Below, in pieces: positions 27,024 through 38,025 of a stretch of DNA of 49,568 bases (position 1 is its first letter; each line of letters begins with the position of its first letter). Source of the DNA: Emiliania huxleyi CCMP1516 (lineage: Eukaryota); the NCBI RefSeq assembly GCF_000372725.1, contig NW_005201391.1:1-49568 (forward strand). The letters are read 5' to 3'. The position numbers were made by a program, and so were the translations under genes. The notes beneath the pieces are model-generated. The model worked only from the letters and a program-made list of their open reading frames with translations, was not told the DNA's origin and made no database searches.

Positions 27024-27444
27024 CTAGTATAGCCTTGCGCCGCGAGATACGAGATCGCCTGGTAAGGTGTGGACGGGGCGGCGGTCACGAAAAGCGGCAG
27101 CGGTTTTGGAGTGGATGCTTCTCAGAAACTACCTCGTTGGCGCGCTTGCCCGACTTGCAGTGGACGACCATCGGCGTGTCGCAGGCGGTGGGCAGCATGG
27201 CTGTCGGCAAAGAGGCCGACTGCCTGTCCCACGGAGCCGACAGCGACCCCTCAACAAGCTCATACACACCCGCCACAGCCTCTGCCCTGTCTGCCCCGCG
27301 GACATCGACAATGACGGCTCCGTCAGCGAGGGCCGAGGAAAGCGCAGCGCGAGTTGACAAGGCGGGCGCCCCACTGCTTGAGCTTGCGAATCGAGCCGCA
27401 GGGGAGATCACGCGGCGCGCGGCGAGCCGGCACGAGGGGAGCAT
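27024..27444 (-). CDS. Single-domain rhodanese / sulfurtransferase with mitochondrial-type presequence; last exon not found
   Basis: VIVDVRG and PMVVHCKSGKRA active loop, spliced to AISYLAAQGYT. N-terminus MLPSCRLAARRVISPAARFASS. Confidence 0.85.
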
Positions 27445-27975
27445 ATGTGTGTATGCGGTCGGTCCAACTCAAGCAATCAATCGCTCGGCGGCTTGTTTGC
27501 GGGCGCTTGCTTTACGAAAAACGGCGCCGCTAAGAGCAGCTATCCCGGCCCGACGTGCCGCGCGCGCTTTGACAGCGGCGGCATCATGCACCCGGGGCTG
27601 CGTTCGCAGACGCAGCCCTTCTTGAATACACACGTTCCTCAAGATATCACGAGAAGGGCGGTCGGTGGCGAGCGAGCCCAGACGGAGCGACTCCACATGC
27701 GCATGATGTGCATGTGATCTGGGCAGGGATACGTACGTGCAGATAGATAGGGTTGCATGCATGGCTGCAAGGGCGAGGCAGGCTTCTATCACCTCGGCTG
27801 CTGGGCTTGCAAGAGCTGGCGAGGGCCGTGGGCTGGTGCGCGTGCAATTGTGACCGAGCCGAGGAAAAGCGGGCGCAAAGTGCTTGATTACCGCCGGAAT
27901 TGTCGTCATCACGACAGTTGGACCCACCACGAGTAAATCGGTGCGTCCCTTTGCTCGCCCCTCGACCGCAGCCCT

Positions 27976-29717
27976 ATGCGCATGCTCGCAAACCTCCGCA
28001 ACGTCTCACGCGCGTCGTCCGTGTCGGCACACTTTCGGCGGCACGCCTCCACCGGCACTCGGAAGCACAAGATCGTCGTCGTCGGCGGTGGGGCAGGAGG
28101 TCTCTCCAGCGCCGCAATGCTCCTCCGGAAGGGCGGTCTGTCGGCAGACGTTGCTGTGGTGGAGCCGTCCAGCAGCCATTTTTACCAGCCTTTGTGGACG
28201 CTTGTCGGAGGTCCGCAACACGTTACCTGCCCAAGGGCCTGGCTAGCACCGTCCAGACGGTCTCTAGCAGTCGCCGCTGCACCCACGCATTCTGCTCCCC
28301 TTGGCCTGCCGAACGCTTCAGAGTCCAACACGGCCTTGCCTCACGCCTGCCCACTCGGCGTGGCCTGACGCCTGACGCCTGCCTGACGCCTGCCCGGCCC
28401 GGTCCCAGGCGGCATCAAAGAGGCGGAGGAGTCTCGCCGGGACATGGCCAGCGTCATGCCGAAGGATGCGACATGGATCCAATCGGCCGCAAAGACTATC
28501 GGTAGACTTGCACCGCCGCAATCATCTTTGTCGCCCCTGCACTGCTGAGATGTTGCGCATTCACAGCCCCCCCCCCCCCCCCCTGTCCGCAGATCCCGAC
28601 GAGCAGGCCGTCATCCTNNNNNNNNNNNNNNNNNNNNNNNNNNNNNNNNNNNNNNNNNNNNNNNNNNNNNNNNNNNNNNNNNNNNNNNNNNNNNNNNNNN
28701 NNNNNNNNNNNNNNNNNGCACCGGCGCTATCTCTGCGGTGCCAAAGTATGCGGCAGCGCTCGAGGGCATCCGAAAGGAGCGCGGCGTCGAGACGTCCTTC
28801 AAGCACGAGCTAATCAAGGTGGACGGGCCGAACAAGGTTACCTGGCGCGCCCTCAAGACAGACGCGTGAGCCTTCTCTGAATACCCTCACCTGTGAACAT
28901 AGGTGGCCACCTTCCAGACGGACGAGGGCCCGGTCGAGCGCAGCTACGACCTGCTGCACGTAGTTCCCCTCATGGGTGCGCACGACTGGATCAAGGGGTC
29001 GAAGATTGCCGACCCCGACACTGGGTGTGCGTCCCCAGACGCGTCCGCGCGCCACCCACATTCCAATCCCCGCCCGGCTTGGCCCTGCAGGTACGTGACC
29101 GTCGACAAGGACACGCTGCAGCACACCGCCTACCCAAACGTCTTTGCGATCGGCGACTGCTCCAACACGCCCAACTCCAAGACGGCCGCCGCCGTGACCG
29201 CACAGGCGTGCCGCGATCTAGGATACAAATTCAATGATCCACGCTGACGGGGTCATTCCAATCGCTAGGCGCCCGTTGTGGTGCACAATATGCGCCGTGT
29301 GATGGCGGGGAAGGCGCCCAATGCGACCTACGACGGGTATGCATCGTGCCCCATCGTGACGGGTCGGGGCAAGCTGATCCTTGCCGAGTTCAAGTACGGG
29401 AACGAGCTCGCCGAGTCGCAGAGCTGGTGAAATATAGCCGAGGTGGTGGAGGAGAGGGAGAGTGGGAGTCGGCGTCGTGTCAGTCGTGAGCTTCTGCGGC
29501 CGTAGGTACCTGGACCAGGGCAAGGAACAGCTCCCCTTCTTCTACTTGAAGAAGTACGTGTTTCCGTTCGCCTACTGGCGCGGCTCGCACACCCCATGCA
29601 GAGACGTTCCCTCTCATGCCTTGAGCCCCACTCTATGCCTACAGGAACTTTATGCTGCCCGGCCGCTGGTATGGCACGCGCACCATTTTCGAGCCCTCCT
29701 TCCCCGACCCCGCCTGA
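27976..29717 (+). CDS. SQOR: Sulfide:quinone oxidoreductase, mitochondrial (multi-exon, spans a gap)
   Basis: [72 protein letters not shown]. Confidence 0.95.
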
Positions 29718-30108
29718 GAGGCTGTTACAAATGGTGAGCTGGGGGACACAGCGTACTGTTGAGTGCATGTACGGAGGTGGGTGCTGTGAGAGGAGAGAAA
29801 GCAATTCGCGCGGTTTTGCAAGCAGCGCCCGGCGATGTAATTGGCGCGTAAACTTCTTTTTGTCGCTTCCGACGGGTTTTTCACGTGCGCAAGTTTGGGC
29901 TGCTCGGGTGCGCTCTTCGCTGCCCAAGTCGCCGGTTACTGATGCCCATCTCCGCCATCCCCAGCTCTCACACCGGTGCCGCGTTTTGGGTCCGTCTGCC
30001 ATCGCCGTGCGACGCGGCCCCTGTAGTTTTGCACCGAACAGCTCAGCCGGCGCGGCCCCAGCCCGCTGCCATCGTGGCTCGGGCACGGCAGTCGATCCGT
30101 CACACCAC

Positions 30109-31241
30109 ATGCCCATTCCTGCGCAGGCGATGGGACTGAAGAAGCCAAGGCGGGGCGGAGCGCCGGGCACGCCGCTGCCGCTCAAGGTGCTGGCGGGCGG
30201 TGCAGCCACGCTGCTCTGCACCGCCGCGCTAGCCTTCCTCGCGATGCCATCGTCGGTGCAGCCGCCGCCGCCACAGGTGCGGGCGGCGCAGTCCTCCCTG
30301 CACGCGCTGAGCGCGCGCCGCATCGACGGCTCGCCGCTCGACCTCGCCACGCTTTCGGGCAAGGCGCGAGCAACACAGACACGCGCACATCAGCACACAT
30401 CAATACACGCACACACGTGGAGAGCCCCCCTCCCCTCACCTGCCCCCCGGGCAGGCGGTCCTGATGGTCAACGTTGCCTCGAGCTGAGGGTCGACAGACA
30501 GCGCGTATCCTGCGAAGGGATTCTTCTTCTTCTGACTGGCGGTTCGCTATATAGGTCGACGGGGAGCGCGTACGCGCAGCTCAAGCGGTGGCACGCCGAG
30601 TTTGGTGCCGCCCTCGAAGTCCTCCTCTTCCCCTCGGACGAGTGGCGGCAGGAGCGAGCAGGTCCCGACCATCATTCATCACGACTGGATGACAGTTCTT
30701 CGTTGTTAATCAGGAGCTGCCGACGGAGCAGATCCCGGCAGCGGTGGCGTCGCACGGGCTGCCGGCTGAGGCGCCGGCCTGGTGGGCAAGGCCTCTGTGT
30801 GTGTGTGTGTGTGTGTGATTGATGATGACTGATTCATTAGGCGCCAGGCTGCCACCTGATGGATAAGGTGACTCGATTCGACACCCTCCCAAACTCTCGT
30901 GAAGAGACTTCCCAGACCCCCCCCCCCCCCCTCCCCCGCCGCCCCTCCTCACGCCCGCCCCACTCCAACAGGTGGAGGTCAACGGCCCGCGCGCGGACCC
31001 GCTCTTCGAGCTCGCCAAGCGCTCCTTCCCAGGCGACGTGACCTGGAACTTCGACGGCGCTTTCGTCTTTGGGGCCGACGGCGCGCCGCTCAGCCGCACG
31101 GCATCGTCCAGCAGAGTAGCACGGACACGCGACTTGATCTCTCCTCTTCTAGGTGCGCCGCTCGGCCGCTTCTCGCTGCGCAGCGCGGACCTCTCCTACG
31201 CGTCGTCGCTCGTGCGCAAGGCTGTGGCCACCGCACGCTAA
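30109..31241 (+). CDS. GPX: Selenocysteine-containing glutathione peroxidase with N-terminal membrane anchor (7 exons)
   Basis: Spliced GK|AVLMVNVASS-TGA(30485-30487)-G, then LLFPSDEWRQE, K|VEVNG..ADPLF, VTWNF. Confidence 0.9.
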
Positions 31242-31358
31242 GCCGCCACCGCCCCGTCCCACGCCGCCCGTTTGCCCGCCGGCGTGGCCACGCGCCACCC
31301 TTCGCCAACCCCCAGCACTGTCTCCCCTTTGGAGGGGCGGCCCCCGCAGCACGCGCTG

Positions 31359-31451
31359 GCGCCGTCTCCGCCGGCCAATGACGCGAGCCGCGCAAAGCCC
31401 ACACCGAGGGCGTCGCGGCCGTCGCCGAGGACCGTGCCGGCATGACGGCGC
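31359..31451 (+). promoter_or_regulatory. SECIS element (form 2) in the GPX 3' UTR
   Basis: ATGA at 31378, stem GCGAGCCGCG, unpaired AAA, mini-stem GCCC/GGGC, return strand CGCGGC..TCGC, CGAG, plus an outer helix GCGCCGTC..GCCGGC / GCCGGC..GACGGCGC. Confidence 0.9.
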
Positions 31452-31597
31452 GGAGCCTGCCCGGAGCGCCCGCTGCCGCGCTCAGGAAATTTTGCAACCT
31501 TGTAAACCGTAATTAGCAACCATCCCCGCCTGTACATGCACACCGCGCGCGATCTGGGGCGCACGTGTGCTCTCGGTAAACACCCAACTCCTGTCTG

Positions 31598-34500
31598 TCA
31601 CTTGGCCTCGTACCACGTGGAGGCTGTGTTTGCGTCAACGACCAGATCGACGAGCAGCGAAGGCAAGTTCTCGTCGAAGGGCCGCTCCATGCACGCCACC
31701 ACCTCGGCGCGCGCCTCGTCCGCGAGCTCCGCCGGCCCCTCGAACATCACCTCGTCGTGCACCTGCAGCAGGTTGCGGAAGCCCATCTCGCGCAGCTTCT
31801 CGGACCGCTGCAGCTTGATCATTGCGAGCGTCATGATGTCCGCCGCGCCGCCCTGGATGGGCGTGTTGATCGCGGCTCGCTCCATGTGCGCGCGCACGGC
31901 GCCGTTCCGCCCCTGGATGCCGGGCAGCGTGCGGTAGCGGCCGAGGAGGGTGCGCGTGGCGCCCGTCGCTCGCGCCGACGCGATGGTGTCCTTCTGCCAC
32001 TGCAGCACCTCGGGCCGGTCCGCGTACCAGGCGCGCAGCATCTCCTTCGCCTCGTCGATCGAGACGCCCCAGTCCTTGGACAAGCCGTGCGCCGTCTTGC
32101 CGTACGCGATCGAGAAGTTGAGCGTCTTCGCGCGCCTCCGCTCCGACCCAAAGAGGTCCTTGAGCAGCGGCGCGGGAGGCTCGCCCTGCGAGTAGTCCCA
32201 GTCGAGCAGGCAGGTGCCGTCCTCCACGGCGCGGCGAACGTGGTCGAACATCCCCATCGCGGTGCGCGAGTGGAAGTCGCCCCCGAGCTTGAAGGCCTCG
32301 ACCATCGAGGTGCACGCCGTCATGTGTGCGAGCAGCCGCAGCTCGAGCTGGCCGTAGTCTGCGACGACGAGGGCCTTGCCGGGGGCGGCGACGAAGGCGT
32401 CTCGGATGAGGTACTTGTCTTTCTCGAGCGCAGGCTGGTTCTGCAGGTTGGGGGTGCGGCTCGACAGGCGGCCGGTCTCGGTGTTGAGGTTGAGCGAGCA
32501 GTGGATGCGCGACGTGCCGTCGGCCAAGTCTTGCAGCGGAAGGATGAAGTTGGAGAGCATCGTGTCGATGGCGCCCATCTGGCAGAGCGCCTCGAGCGCA
32601 CGGCACGCCTCCTCGCCGACCTCGCCCCCGCCGAACGCACCATACGCCGACCCGAACACGGGAGGGTCCTCGGACGGCCTGCCGGCGAGATGGCCCGAGA
32701 TGGCCCGAGATGGCCCGAGATGGCCCGAGATGGCCCGAGATGGCCCGAGATGATCCGAGATGACCCGAGATGATCCGAGATGGCCCGAGATGTGCGGTGC
32801 GCGTGCGGCTTCCCGGACCTGCCCGCCAGCTCGCGCAGTGCGGCCGCGTCTGTCGCCGGCCAACCGCTCTTGGTGGTCTTAGCGTGCTCGAGCTGGAGGG
32901 AGGAGAGCTCGAACTCGACCTCCTTCCGGCCGCTGTCCACGATGACGCCCTCCAAGGACACGCCTCCAGCCTCCACCACCGCCGCCGTCGCTGCCGCCGC
33001 CGCCTCGCGCGCCGCCGCAGCCGTCGGCGCCGCCGCAGCCGTCGGCGCCGCCGCCGCCGCAACCGGCGCGGCGGGCGCGGCCGCGGGAGAAGTGGTCTCC
33101 GCTGCCGGCGTCGACGGGCGCGGTCCCACCGCCTCGCTGGTCGACACCGCCTCGCTGAGCCTCTGCCGCAAGTCCGCCTTGAGCCGGAGCCCCTTGCGAG
33201 AGACGCCGCGCGCGTCGAGCTCCTCCTTGAGCTCGGACACCTTAAGCTTGCCCAGCCGCTCCCCAGTCAGCGCCGCACCGCCGCCGCCGCCCGCCGCACG
33301 CACCGCCTCCTCCTCCGCCGCCCGCCCCACCCCCGCCGCCGCCGCAAGCCCCGCCGTTGCCCCCGCCGCCGCCTCCCTCGCCGCCGCCTCCCTCGCCGCC
33401 GCGCCCGCCTCCGCACCGTGCGCGTGGCCGGTCGCGCGCAGCCTCGCCACGTGGAGCTCCTATTCACAACCCTCCCCCGATGCTGGCTCTCGTGCTTTCT
33501 TGTCTTCCGCCCTGGCCGCGCGGAGCTCCTCAAAGGCAGCTCGCTCCAGCTTGAACGTGCGCCGCAGCGGCAGCACCTCGGCCGAATTTCGCCTTGTCGC
33601 GCCGCCGAAGAGCAGGGTCTGCACCTGCGTGGCGAATAGTATGGGGAGATGTGGGGAGATGCGGGGAGATGTGGGAGATGTGGGGAGATGTGGGGAGATA
33701 TGAGCCGCCGGAGAGCAGGGTCGCACCTGCGTGCCCGAGCCGACGTTCATGTACCACGCTGCCTCAGTGTACCTCGCCGCCCACTTGCGAAACGTCAGCT
33801 CCGCCGCGTCGCGGTCGGCCTGGGCGCGCGTCTGCGCCAGCGGCAGCTTGGACCGCACGTCCACCATCACTCCGGCGCGCTCCATGTCGGTGAGCAGCTC
33901 GCCTGGGAGGGGGAGAGGCGCAGAGACGGCTCCGAGCCTCGGCTCCGAGGCGGCGGTGTGGGAAGCTCGGTGGGAAACTCGCCGAACGGCCGCCAATACT
34001 CGGTGTAAAAGTCGAAGAGCGAGCGAGTGCGCAGCCACTCCATGCGCGAGAGGCGCGCCTACGGGCAAGGGGCCCAGAGAAGGCTGCCCGCAAGGCTGCC
34101 CGCAAGGCCCGCTCCGAGCGGCGAGAGTGCGCGCGCCTCGAGCTCGCGGTAGAGCAGCCACGTGCCTAGGTCTCGTGCCCTCAGCTGTGAGACCTCTCTC
34201 CGCATCAAGACCTGCCGCTCGAGCGGCGGCGCGCCCTTGGCGTCGTACACGGCGTACTGCACCCAGTCCGGCCGCGTCAGCGGGGACGCCTAGGACATAT
34301 GGGGAGATCTGGGGAGATCTGGGGAGATCTGGGGAGATCTGGGGGCCAGTCCGGCCGCGTCAGCGGCGACGCCTGCAGCGAGTCGAGCGGCGGCAGCTCG
34401 ATGATCTTGCCCGGCGTGCCGTCCTTGCGCAGCTTTGGCTCGCCGAAGATCTCCTTCATCGACACCTTTGCCACGCCGACCAGCTCTTCGGTCAGCGGCA

Positions 34501-35383
34501 GGGACTCAACTCATACATGAATGGTTCACTGCCTCACCTTTGCCCGGCCGACCAGCTCTTCGGTCAGCGCGGCGAGCGAGTAGCCCGCGAGGCGGGACGC
34601 GTCCCACAGCCGCGCCATGTGCATCGTGTCGCCTCCGAAGCCGACGACGTCGACGCCGTGGTTGTACAGCACGTGCCTGTCAAAGCCATAGTTGTGCCAG
34701 ACCTTGAGCGCAGACTCACGCTCAAGCCAGGGCTTGAAGGCCTCGAGCACGCCCGGCTCGGTCGTGTCGACGAAGAGGGCCTTCCCGGGCCCCGAGCCGA
34801 CGTCCAGGTCGGGCCCCGAGTAGACGGTGATGCAGAGCACCCTCCCCTGCCCGAGCGGCGAGCGGCCGAGGTCGAGGTCCGCCACCTCGGTGTCGCAGGC
34901 GTGGATCAGCTCGTCGCGAGCACACAGGAGGGCGGCGACGCGGCGCGCCTCGGCGGCGTCGCTCACCTCGTGCACGCCGACCTCCTCCTGGTCGTGGAAC
35001 CCCGGCGTGAAGTCGCCCACCGGACGAGCACGAGCCGCCTCAGCCGCCGGCGAGGCGGCGGCGGCGGCAGTCTCGCGTGCGGCTGCGGCGAGGCGAGCAC
35101 CAGCGCCGTCAGTCACGCTGGAGGCGTCACTGGAGGCGCGTGCCTCGCGCGATAGCCCGCTCCACCCGACGTCGTTCGCACCCCTCGCCGTGGCCGCGGC
35201 GCTGGAGAGCCACCTGCCGTCCTCGGCTATCGCCCACGTGCGGCGCGCGCTCGCCGCCAGCCGCGAAGTGCGCGGCCGCGCGGCTCGCCCGACGAGAGCT
35301 AGGCCGCGCCAAGCGAGTCCAGGAGTCATCAGCAAGCACAAGAGGAGGGAGGTCGCTCGCAACACGAGGCCCCGGCTCGCCAT
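31598..35383 (-). CDS. POP: Family A organellar DNA polymerase (POP type) with 3'-5' exonuclease domain
   Basis: HACDTEV, KVWHNYGFDRHV, DTMHMARLWD, NTETGRLSSRTPNLQNQPALEKD, ADYGQLELR, RRRAKTLNFSIAYG, NTPIQGGAAD, LQVHDE. Confidence 0.95.
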
Positions 35384-36290
35384 GATGGCATTTTCCACGA
35401 AAGAAAGAAAATATACGTTGCACCAAGTGCTACGAGACCAGAACAAGGCGCTCTACCGGGGCCTGCTGTGCTACTGTACGGCTTAGGCGAAATGTTCCTC
35501 GCTGCGGCGCAAGACGAGGGCACCTTCGGCGAGTTCCCGTTCGAGGTGGCAGCGGCGGCGACCGCCCGGCTGCTCAAGCCTCAAGGTCAAGCACCACACG
35601 CGCTCCGGCGCGTGGGTCGAGATCACGCCGGGCAGCCCTAGCCAGGCCTCACGCGCTGGCCGCGACCGCGACCGCGGCTCTCGCTTGAGCCCGAACTGCC
35701 CCGTCAGACATGTCGGAATTGTCGGAGAAAGCGACTAGCACACCTCTGTCAAGAGTCCCCAGAAACCCCCCTTCTCTGTGTTCGTGCGTCGCCCATCTCT
35801 ATTAAAATGAACTCGGGGGCACACGGGCGTGACGCGGCACGAACGGGGCACCCATCTCTCCTGGAGATGCCTGCTCTATTTATTTAGGGCAGGAGGATTT
35901 GGACGGACGGAAAAACACCCCCCTCTTATGCCTGACCCTGGCCATGGCCTCTCTGGGGGTGAGCTGGGCCGGCCGCCTCCGGGTCCGCCACTCGCACGGT
36001 GGGCTCGCGTCCGGGAGAGCATCCGAGACCCGCGGTTGTCCGCTCGCTGGGCGCGACCTACATGGAAATCCACTGCACACAGATCTGTGCTTTTGGCGCC
36101 TATTGCTCGCTCTCTGTGCAATCGCAACGCCAGAGGCCGTGCTTGGAGAGTGTGTCGCAGTGCTGCTACGTCAGTGGATTGAGCCGCGACGCAGGCTCCA
36201 TCGGTGAGCTGCGGCGGCGCACCGGCCGCTCCATGCATGCTCTCCGGCGAGCCGTCGCAAACGCGTTTCCGTCCGCCCGTTTCATCGAGT

Positions 36291-36420
36291 TTGCCCGAGT
36301 GGTAAAATGCAATCGAATCTGCCCGAGTGGTCAAGTAAAACTTTGCCTTTCGTAAAAGTTGCCCGAGTGGTCGAGTGGTCAAGTAAAACTTTGCCTTTCG
36401 TAAAAGCTGCCCGAGTGGTC
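36291..36420. repeat. Tandem duplication of about 50 bp with five CGAGTGGT motifs
   Basis: CGAGTGGTCAAGTAAAACTTTGCCTTTCGTAAAAG(T/C)TGCCCGAGTGGTC occurs twice. Confidence 0.85.
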
Positions 36421-38025
36421 TGCGGGGAAAAAACGAAAATCGAGACGGACTTCTTGAACGGCCGGGCGACATGTCTTCCCTACTATTATTAATTGATGCT
36501 CTTTGCACGGCTGAGCCCCCCCCCCCCTCCCCCGCGCCCACTCCCTGCCCTCTCCCGCCACGCACTCCGTCAGAGCCCCCTCCCCTCTTGCACAACAGGA
36601 ATTTTGACAATTAACAAGATGGACCGATGAGAACGATGGGCTTGCCCATCCCGGAGTGGTTCGATCCCACATGAATCCGAGACGGTGACGGGTGCGTCTC
36701 GGTGATCTCAGGCCCAGTGAGGTAGTGCATCAGACTATCCCGGATCCTGCTGACCAAGCTCCTCTTGTAGCTCGATCGGTCACACCGCCATCGCCGTCGG
36801 GGAGAGGGGGGACGACACTGCTTCGGCAGCGTGCACCTCGATCCTGTACCGTGTTTGTTATGACCCCCCCAATGAACATACCAGTGAGGGAGGGCGAGAC
36901 GATCGAGGGGTCCCGTACCACGCGGAATCGGCCCTATCCAGTGCTCAAGTGCTCAAGGGCAGTGGTGCTGTTCCGCCAGTGTGAAGGGCTGGGTCCCGGG
37001 GTTGTGTTTTTGCGTGACTGTCTCTATCACATCGGAGCGAGGATGAGGTGCTGGCGCACATCCCAAGAAGCCCAACGGGATGTGCCCGCTCCACTATATG
37101 CCGCGCATTACACCACGTCAAAGGCGGTCGTCGATGCGATGCAGGTTCGGAATACATGACCCGGAGGGGCGCTGCAGGCGAAGAACAACTATGGCGAGAC
37201 GCCTGGGGTGCGCGTTCTCCCAACCTCTTCGTCCGCGAGCTCTCAAGCCTCCGCCCCGTTCACTTTTTGTTATTCACAGGACATGGCGCAGAGCCAAGAG
37301 CAAATCGGCCGACGTGAAGGCGGTCTTCGCTTCTGCCGACCGCGACGGAGGCGCCGGCAGCAAGGCGCGAAAGGAGCGACGCGACAGCGGGAGATCGACT
37401 GGCAGTCTCTCCGACCGTGGACGCCTCGGAAGGCGCGGGAGCGTTGGCGACCAGGCCGTTGCGCACGCCATCACCTCCTCTCGTTCAAGCTTTGCTGGCG
37501 GCTCGAGACGATGGTCGTTCGACAGCCAGAGCAGTTGGCGCAGCTTTCGGAGGAAGGGGAGAAGATCGGCTACGAGGGAGCGACCGCTATCTCGCGGGCG
37601 AATCATCGCACCTACCCTTCACGTCCTCCCGCGAGATGTGAGGCGCACGAACACAGCTGTGAGCCCCTGCCGCATGCACAGCTACTCGAAATTGAGCTCG
37701 CGGATGCGCTCTCGAAGATTGCAAGCCTGGAGGCCAAGTTTGCGAGCCTTGAGGCCAAGGTCAACGGGGCGGCCTGAGTCCCAGTGCCCCGCGCCCCGCA
37801 GACGGCTGCCCCCCCCCCCCCCCGCCACCGCCACTTTTCGATCCGTCAAACTTGTGAGTGCGCGGGCTGTGAAATTCTTTTGGGGACGCATCCGACAGAC
37901 CACACCTCCGCGCCGCGCGCGGTGTCCAGAGTCCGAGACTGTCGTGTTCTTCGACTTCTTCCATCCTATAAGCCGTATCTATCTGCGAGATGGAACATAT
38001 TCTACGTATGCACATGCGCTAGAAC

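Noticed and set aside
33637..33646. TAGTATGGGG as a module boundary
   Set aside because: It lies within the GGGGAGATGT repeat of a POP intron and is probably coincidental.
36950..37777. EF-hand / coiled-coil gene
   Set aside because: Fragments lie in inconsistent frames and no coherent model could be built. The same applies to fragments at 17600-18400, 20577-20966, 35440-35650 and 42330-42707.
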